A stretch of 18,206 nucleotides of DNA. Origin: Archangiaceae bacterium. Lineage in GTDB: Bacteria > Myxococcota > Myxococcia > Myxococcales > Myxococcaceae. The notes under the pieces are model-generated. The model saw nothing but the letters and a program-made list of their open reading frames with translations. It was not told where the DNA came from and did no database searches. The stretch is taken from positions 1-18,206 of the forward strand of contig JAYVCD010000282.1 in NCBI GenBank assembly GCA_043750125.1, in the 5' to 3' direction. Below, in pieces: positions 16,205 through 18,206 of the stretch; within the stretch, counting starts at the first letter, position 1; every line of letters starts with the position of its first letter. A program made the translations under genes and the position numbers.

Positions 16205-17446
16205 CTACCGCACGGTGTCCCGCCCGAGCGCCTGGAGCAGCGCCGCGCGAGCGGACGAGAGGTTGAATCGGGCCTGTACCGCCTGCGCCGATGCTTGAGT
16301 CAGCCCGAGCTGCGCATCGGAAAGCTCGAGCACGGTTCCGACGCCGGTCTGGTATCGCCCTTCGGCCAGTCGCAGCTGAATTTGCGCATTGGCGAGCGCT
16401 TCCCCCGCCGCGGCCAACGACTCGTCGGCGGACAGCACGCCCAGTCGCGCCCGTTCGACGGCCAGCCGGACCTGTTGGCGAAAGCCATCGCTCTGCGCTT
16501 GCAGCCCTTCGAGCACCGCGACGGCCTGCCCTTCCTGGGCGCGGGTCTGAAAACCGCTGAAAAAATTCCAGTTGAGCCCCACGCCTGCATTCCAATTCAC
16601 CGCCGGGGCATCGACGACGCGGTTGTTGAGGGCCACGCCTGAAAATACGCCGATGCTTGGCAAGTACCCGCCCCGGACCGAAGAGATCGTCAGTTCCTGG
16701 GCGCGAAGCTGTTGCTGAAGCGAGACGAACTCGGGGCGGGCTTTGAGCGCTTCGTCCATCAACACGTCGAGGTCGGTGCGCTCGCCGGGCACTTCAGCGA
16801 GCACCTGGTCGCTGACGGTGAACTCGGTGTTCCGTTCGATGCCCATCGCGAGGTTCAGCTGGGCGCGGGCCGCCGCGGCATTCGATTGAAAGGTGATCAG
16901 CTGGACCTTGGCGTTTGCGCGCAACGTGCGCGCCTGGGCGAGATCAATTTCCGGGCGGGTGCCGACTTCGACGAAGCCTTCGATCTGCTTGAGATGTTTT
17001 TCCTGGCTGGCGAGGGCCTCCTTCGCCACTTCGACCAGGGCCTGGTTCGCACCGGCTCCGAAATACGCCGAGCGCAGGTCGAACAGCACGCTGAGCCAGG
17101 AAGCGTCTTCGTTGGCTTCCTGCGCTGCTTGCGAGGCCTGCGCCGCGCGATACCGCTGCCAGGTTCGGCCGAAGTCGTAGACCAGCAAAGTGCCGCTGAG
17201 GCCCGCGCTGTAGGCCCCGAAAGGGAGGTTGCCGGTGCCCAGCTGGTAGCCCGCGACGGCAGTGGCCTGAGGAAGCAAGGGACCGCGCAATTCATCGGCA
17301 CGGGCCCGCGCGCCCACGGTGTTGGCGTGGGCCTGTCGCAGCGAAGGTTGGTGCTGGTGGGCCATTGCCTCGGCCTGTTCGAGGCTGATGCTGTCAGCCT
17401 GGGTGGCCGAGGTGAGCAACACCAACCCCAACGTCCACCTGTTCAT
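16205..17446 (-). CDS. TolC-family outer membrane efflux protein
   Basis: Likely start ATG 17446 overlaps the upstream TGA (ATGA). Signal MNRWTLGLVLLTSATQA; ISLEQA; two OEP-like halves (LLPQ..YDFG..EVGTRPEIDLAQA and YLPS..FSGF..RYQTGVGTVLELSDAQ). Confidence 0.92.
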   Translation of the reverse strand: MNRWTLGLVLLTSATQADSISLEQAEAMAHQHQPSLRQAHANTVGARARADELRGPLLPQATAVAGYQLGTGNLPFGAYSAGLSGTLLVYDFGRTWQRYRAAQASQAAQEANEDASWLSVLFDLRSAYFGAGANQALVEVAKEALASQEKHLKQIEGFVEVGTRPEIDLAQARTLRANAKVQLITFQSNAAAARAQLNLAMGIERNTEFTVSDQVLAEVPGERTDLDVLMDEALKARPEFVSLQQQLRAQELTISSVRGGYLPSIGVFSGVALNNRVVDAPAVNWNAGVGLNWNFFSGFQTRAQEGQAVAVLEGLQAQSDGFRQQVRLAVERARLGVLSADESLAAAGEALANAQIQLRLAEGRYQTGVGTVLELSDAQLGLTQASAQAVQARFNLSSARAALLQALGRDTVR

Positions 17447-18206
17447 TCGAACCTCAAGGCCGAGATGGGATCCAACCGAGAGGCTTTCTGGGCGGGGTAG
17501 AGCCCGAAGATGATGCCGACGGCGGCGCTGAACCCCACCGAGATGAGGACGATGTCGGTGCGAATCAACATCGGCCAACCAAACTGGGCGGCCAGCACCC
17601 GGGCGGCGAGGATCCCCAGCGCGACGCCCAGCAGGCCTCCGCCGAGGCAGAGCATCAAGGCCTCGAGGAGAAACTGAACGAGAATCGAGGCGGGCCGCGC
17701 GCCGACCGCCATTCGCACGCCGATTTCGCGGGTGCGCTCGGTGACGCTGACCAACATGATGTTCATGATTCCAATTCCTCCCACCAGCAGCGCGACGAGT
17801 GCGACGGCGGCCAACAAACTGGTCATGGTCCGGGTGCCTTCTTGCTGGGCGTTGGCCATTTCGGTCAGGTTGCGAACCGAAAAATCATTGTCTGCGCTGT
17901 CGGCCAGGCGATGGCGATCTCGCAACAGGGCAGAGATCTGCGCCTGGGCTTTGGCGGTTCCCGCCGAAGCGCGAGCGCCGACGAAGATGGCACCGCCGAC
18001 ATACTTCTGCAGCCCACCCTGCACTTTCGATTGAAACGTCGTGTAGGGAATGAAGACCGAATCATCGAAGTCCTGCCCCTGGGGCGACTGACCTTTCTTC
18101 GCCAGAACCCCGAGCACGATGTACGGGGTGTTCTTGATGCGCAGTGATTGGCCGACCGGGTCGACGGCCGCGTTCCACAGCTTCTGAGCGACGCTCTGGC
18201 CCAGCA
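17443..18206 (-). CDS. ABC transporter permease, MacB/FtsX family; 5' end outside the window
   Basis: The frame stays open to the window edge (LGQSVAQKLWNAAVDPVGQSLRIKNTPYIVLGVL...). Contains ALLVGGIGIMNIMLVSVTERTREIGVRMAVGA, QFLLEA and GIIFGLYPA..LDPISALRFE. Confidence 0.95.
   Translation of the reverse strand, partial: LGQSVAQKLWNAAVDPVGQSLRIKNTPYIVLGVLAKKGQSPQGQDFDDSVFIPYTTFQSKVQGGLQKYVGGAIFVGARASAGTAKAQAQISALLRDRHRLADSADNDFSVRNLTEMANAQQEGTRTMTSLLAAVALVALLVGGIGIMNIMLVSVTERTREIGVRMAVGARPASILVQFLLEALMLCLGGGLLGVALGILAARVLAAQFGWPMLIRTDIVLISVGFSAAVGIIFGLYPAQKASRLDPISALRFE

Noticed and set aside
17447-17578. N-terminal extension of TolC given by the ORF track
   Set aside because: It lies inside the upstream permease. 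ATG 17446 gives a proper signal peptide and an ATGA coupling.

Overview
GC-rich, gene-dense bacterial window with 14 supportable CDSs, two cut by the window edges. A TolC and an outer-membrane barrel indicate a diderm. The gene content resembles Myxococcota/deltaproteobacteria, which is inference only. I found no rRNA, tRNA, CRISPR array or mobile element. Order: class I SAM methyltransferase (-, partial, absent from the ORF track); putative outer-membrane beta-barrel (+); gamma-glutamyltransferase (-); a tightly coupled operon of ComA-like phosphosulfolactate synthase, circularly permuted ATP-grasp ligase and ComB-like phosphatase (+); msrP without msrQ (-); Sfp/HetI-type PPTase (+); GT87/DUF2029-like membrane glycosyltransferase and sterol desaturase-family gene (-); a 1381-aa sensor protein TM-HAMP-HisKA-HATPase-4xREC-PP2C (+); cyclophilin (+); MacB-TolC-MacB export genes (-). 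The best candidate for an undescribed system is ggt <- -> comA/ATP-grasp/comB, which looks like a compact pathway to a sulfonate-containing amide or peptide rather than to coenzyme M. The second is the kinase-four-receiver-phosphatase fusion. All family calls come from motif recognition by eye, not database searches.
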